A DNA stretch of 45,061 nucleotides from Polyangiaceae bacterium (GTDB lineage: Bacteria > Myxococcota_A > Polyangia > Polyangiales > Polyangiaceae): assembly GCA_044222475.1 (NCBI GenBank), contig JBGANF010000058.1:1-45061 (forward strand), read 5' to 3'. Of the stretch, positions 42,730 through 45,061 are shown piece by piece. Positions within the stretch are counted from its first letter, which is position 1, and each line of letters begins with the position of its first letter. The notes under the pieces are model-generated. The model ran no database searches, was not told the DNA's origin, and saw only the letters and a list, made by a program, of their open reading frames with translations. A program made the position numbers and the translations under genes.

Positions 42730-44153
42730 ATGCACTCCGGCTTGTAGACGTGATGGCCGCGCTCGTCGGTGGTGTACGGCGGATCGCAGCTCGGCTTCGC
42801 GCTCGCGCTCGCGGCTGCCGCCGGCTTGACCGGCTTCGGGGTCGAGCGAGCCACGCTCGACGCGGCGGGCGGAGCGCTCGAAACGGGCGCGGTGCTCACC
42901 GGCGGAGCGGCGCTCGCCGAGACGACCGCTGTCGGCGTCGTTGCGGGCGGCGCGGTCGCCGAGATCGTGGGCGGTGGCGCCGAGGGCTCGGCCGCGCTGC
43001 TCGTGGCCGGCGGCCGATGCAGGGTAATCCACGCGATCCCGCTCGCGAGCACGATCGCAGCGACGGCACCGCCCGCGTAGGCCACGCGCGGTCGCGCGGG
43101 GGGAGCGGTGGGCTGCACCGCCGACACTGGCTCGGCGGTCGTACTCTCGATCGGCCGCGCCGGCGGTGTGACCTCCATCGATCGCTGCTTCTCGGTCGGA
43201 GCGGTGGCGATGACGTCGACGGAGCGCGTCACCTCGATCGCCGTCACGATAGCGGCGAGACTCTCGCGCGAGGGCAGGTCGCCGAAGGCCTTCTTGTGCG
43301 CGTCGCGCAAGGCACCGCGCATCTCGTCCGCGGTCTGGAAGCGCGCGCTCGGATCCTGGGCGAGCGCTCGCGCGACGACCTCGACGATGGGCTCGGGCGC
43401 GGACGGCGCCACGCTCGCGAGAGATGGCGCCGCTTGGGTCGCGGCCTTCACGAGCATCTGCGGAGCGTTGTCGGCTTCGTGGACGAAGCGGCCGGACGCG
43501 AGGTTGAAGAGCGTGGCGCCGGCGGCCCAAATGTCGCTCCGCGCGTCGATCTCCGGCGTCTTCGCGAGCGCTTGCTCGGGCGACATGAACGCCGGCGTTC
43601 CCATGAGCACGCCGCTGCTCGTCGTCTGCCCGGTGACCGACGCGAGTGCGTCGCGCACCTTCGCGATCCCGAAGTCGAGGACCTTGACCGTTCCGTCGCG
43701 CGTGAGGAACAGGTTCGCCGGCTTCACGTCGCGGTGGACGATGCCCTTGCGGTGCGCCGCGCCGAGCACGTCGAGGAGTTGATCGACGATCGCGGCGGCG
43801 TCGCGCACCGGGATCTCCTTGCCGAGCTGCTCGACGCTGCAACCCTGCAGGCGCTCCATGACGATGAACACCGCGCCGTCCTCGGTGACGTCGTCATCGA
43901 CGACCATCACGACGCCCGGGTGCGCGACGGTGTTGGCCGCGTAGCCCTCTCGAAGGAAGCGCGTTCGGATGTCCTCGCGGTACGACAGCTCGGGGTGGAG
44001 CATCTTCAACGCGAGCGACGCGTTGTTGCGGGTGTGAGTGACGGCGTACACGACCGCCATGCCGCCCGTCCCGAGCACACCCTCGACGCGGTACTTGCCC
44101 TTGATCGTCGTCCCGATCCGACGCTGGGCGTTGGCGAGGACTGCGTCACTCAC
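42726..44153 (-). CDS. Hanks-type Ser/Thr protein kinase with TM and C-terminal CDPPY..KPEC motif
   Basis: LGTGGMAVVY, LALK, HRDVKPAN, DFGIAK, GTPAFMSPE, DIWAAG. Confidence 0.97.
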   Translation of the reverse strand: MSDAVLANAQRRIGTTIKGKYRVEGVLGTGGMAVVYAVTHTRNNASLALKMLHPELSYREDIRTRFLREGYAANTVAHPGVVMVVDDDVTEDGAVFIVMERLQGCSVEQLGKEIPVRDAAAIVDQLLDVLGAAHRKGIVHRDVKPANLFLTRDGTVKVLDFGIAKVRDALASVTGQTTSSGVLMGTPAFMSPEQALAKTPEIDARSDIWAAGATLFNLASGRFVHEADNAPQMLVKAATQAAPSLASVAPSAPEPIVEVVARALAQDPSARFQTADEMRGALRDAHKKAFGDLPSRESLAAIVTAIEVTRSVDVIATAPTEKQRSMEVTPPARPIESTTAEPVSAVQPTAPPARPRVAYAGGAVAAIVLASGIAWITLHRPPATSSAAEPSAPPPTISATAPPATTPTAVVSASAAPPVSTAPVSSAPPAASSVARSTPKPVKPAAAASASAKPSCDPPYTTDERGHHVYKPECM

Positions 44154-44174
44154 GCCGACGAGGATACCCCGGAC

Positions 44175-45061
44175 TCAGAGGCGCGGGAGGATGAAGATGG
44201 CGGACGAAGTCGCCCACGCGATCGACAGGTCGTCGACGGCGATCAGGTGCACGCCGTTCTGGCCCGTCGCGACGATCTTCGTGTCGGTCGGCGTTCGCCG
44301 AAGGACGAGACCGTCGCTCTCGCTCACGGTGTAGATGTCTTCTCCGTAGACTGCGATCGCCGAAGGAGAGTGGGCCACCGACACCGACGCGGTCGTGAGG
44401 AAGTCCTTCGTCATGTCGACGTTGGCCGAGCTGCCGCGCACCCAATACGCCGACGTGCCGCCTGCGGCGATCCGGCGAGGAGCCGTCGCGTCGACCGAAA
44501 CGACGGACGACCCGTCGAGCTGGGCGTTGCCCGCATCATCGACGACGATGCCGAACGAAGTGATGCGGCTCGCGCGATTCTCGTCAGCGACGACGACGTC
44601 GAAGCCGGCAGTCGCCATCGAGTCCAGGGCCGAGACGGCCATCACCGGCACGGGCTGGTCCGCGATGTCGATGCGCAACCGCCGCACTTCGACTCCACCG
44701 GCGTCCGTCGTCGCAGCGAAATAGGCGAAGGGCCCGGCGCACGCGACCGAATCGAGCACGCCACCCCCGACGACGACCGTCGGCGATCCTCCGTCGAGCG
44801 CCTGCTTCACCAGCGCTCCGTTCGACGTCCAGCAAGCACCCGCGGGTCCGATCGCGAACGTCCCGACGCCGCCATCAGGCGCGAAATCACGAGCCTCGGA
44901 GCCATCGCGCTTGGCGACGACCACCCGTTGCCCGATGCAGTAGTAGATGCGATCGAGCTGCAGCACGAGGCACGTCGGCGGAACGCCGGGGTTCGCGATG
45001 CGCAACGGCCCACCGCTGCTCGCGTCGGGCGGGGTCCCTGCATCGACCCTCGGTTGAAGAT
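44175..45061 (-). CDS. Hypothetical beta-propeller-like exported protein (partial, start beyond window)
   Basis: Frame open to the window end (LQPRVDAGTPPDAS...). Repeats of P..IA.....YW / IAV....IY / IAVD...I.W. Confidence 0.65.
   Translation of the reverse strand, partial: LQPRVDAGTPPDASSGGPLRIANPGVPPTCLVLQLDRIYYCIGQRVVVAKRDGSEARDFAPDGGVGTFAIGPAGACWTSNGALVKQALDGGSPTVVVGGGVLDSVACAGPFAYFAATTDAGGVEVRRLRIDIADQPVPVMAVSALDSMATAGFDVVVADENRASRITSFGIVVDDAGNAQLDGSSVVSVDATAPRRIAAGGTSAYWVRGSSANVDMTKDFLTTASVSVAHSPSAIAVYGEDIYTVSESDGLVLRRTPTDTKIVATGQNGVHLIAVDDLSIAWATSSAIFILPRL

Noticed and set aside
1..45061. Frequent GCGATCGC/CGATCG and TCGA words (HIP1-like)
   Set aside because: Plausibly explained by codon pairs such as GCG ATC GCN and CTC GAG. 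Enrichment cannot be shown without a codon-aware count.

Overview
A 45-kb, very GC-rich (roughly 70% by eye) bacterial chromosome segment. Its gene content (many DAG/DGG-linker lipoproteins, Cys-rich repeats, DUF2330 with a MYXO-CTERM-like tail, Hanks kinases with a PEGA-like partner, exported ferritin-like proteins) points to Myxococcota, probably Polyangiales; this is an inference. There are about 50 CDSs. Housekeeping and metabolic genes are ruvA, uppP, gluQ, icd, an M20 dipeptidase, a Nudix hydrolase, a P450 with TetR, UbiA, GST, an MFS transporter and a lactonase. Signalling genes are an ECF sigma with a putative anti-sigma, two Ser/Thr kinases, PP2C, LysR and a wHTH regulator. There are two toxin-antitoxin modules (vapBC-like and a toxin-first hipA-HTH), duplicated and triplicated Cys-rich lipoproteins, and two REP-like intergenic palindromic elements. 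No rRNA, tRNA, CRISPR array, integrase or transposase was seen. The most striking unexplained signal is a dispersed 15-bp palindrome, RTMCCA-N3-TGGKAY (ideal GTCCCAANTTGGGAC). It occurs 10 times (7 exact, 3 with one mismatch), 9 of them inside unrelated genes, on both strands and in two reading frames, using A/T-rich codons the host otherwise avoids. That is the signature expected of an undescribed chromosome-organisation binding site (matS/NBS/SBS-like). Other notable signals are a pervasive leaderless-mRNA pattern, a degenerate beta-carbonic anhydrase directly after icd, and a catalytically dead HtrA-like protein. All calls are from reading the sequence; no database searches were run.
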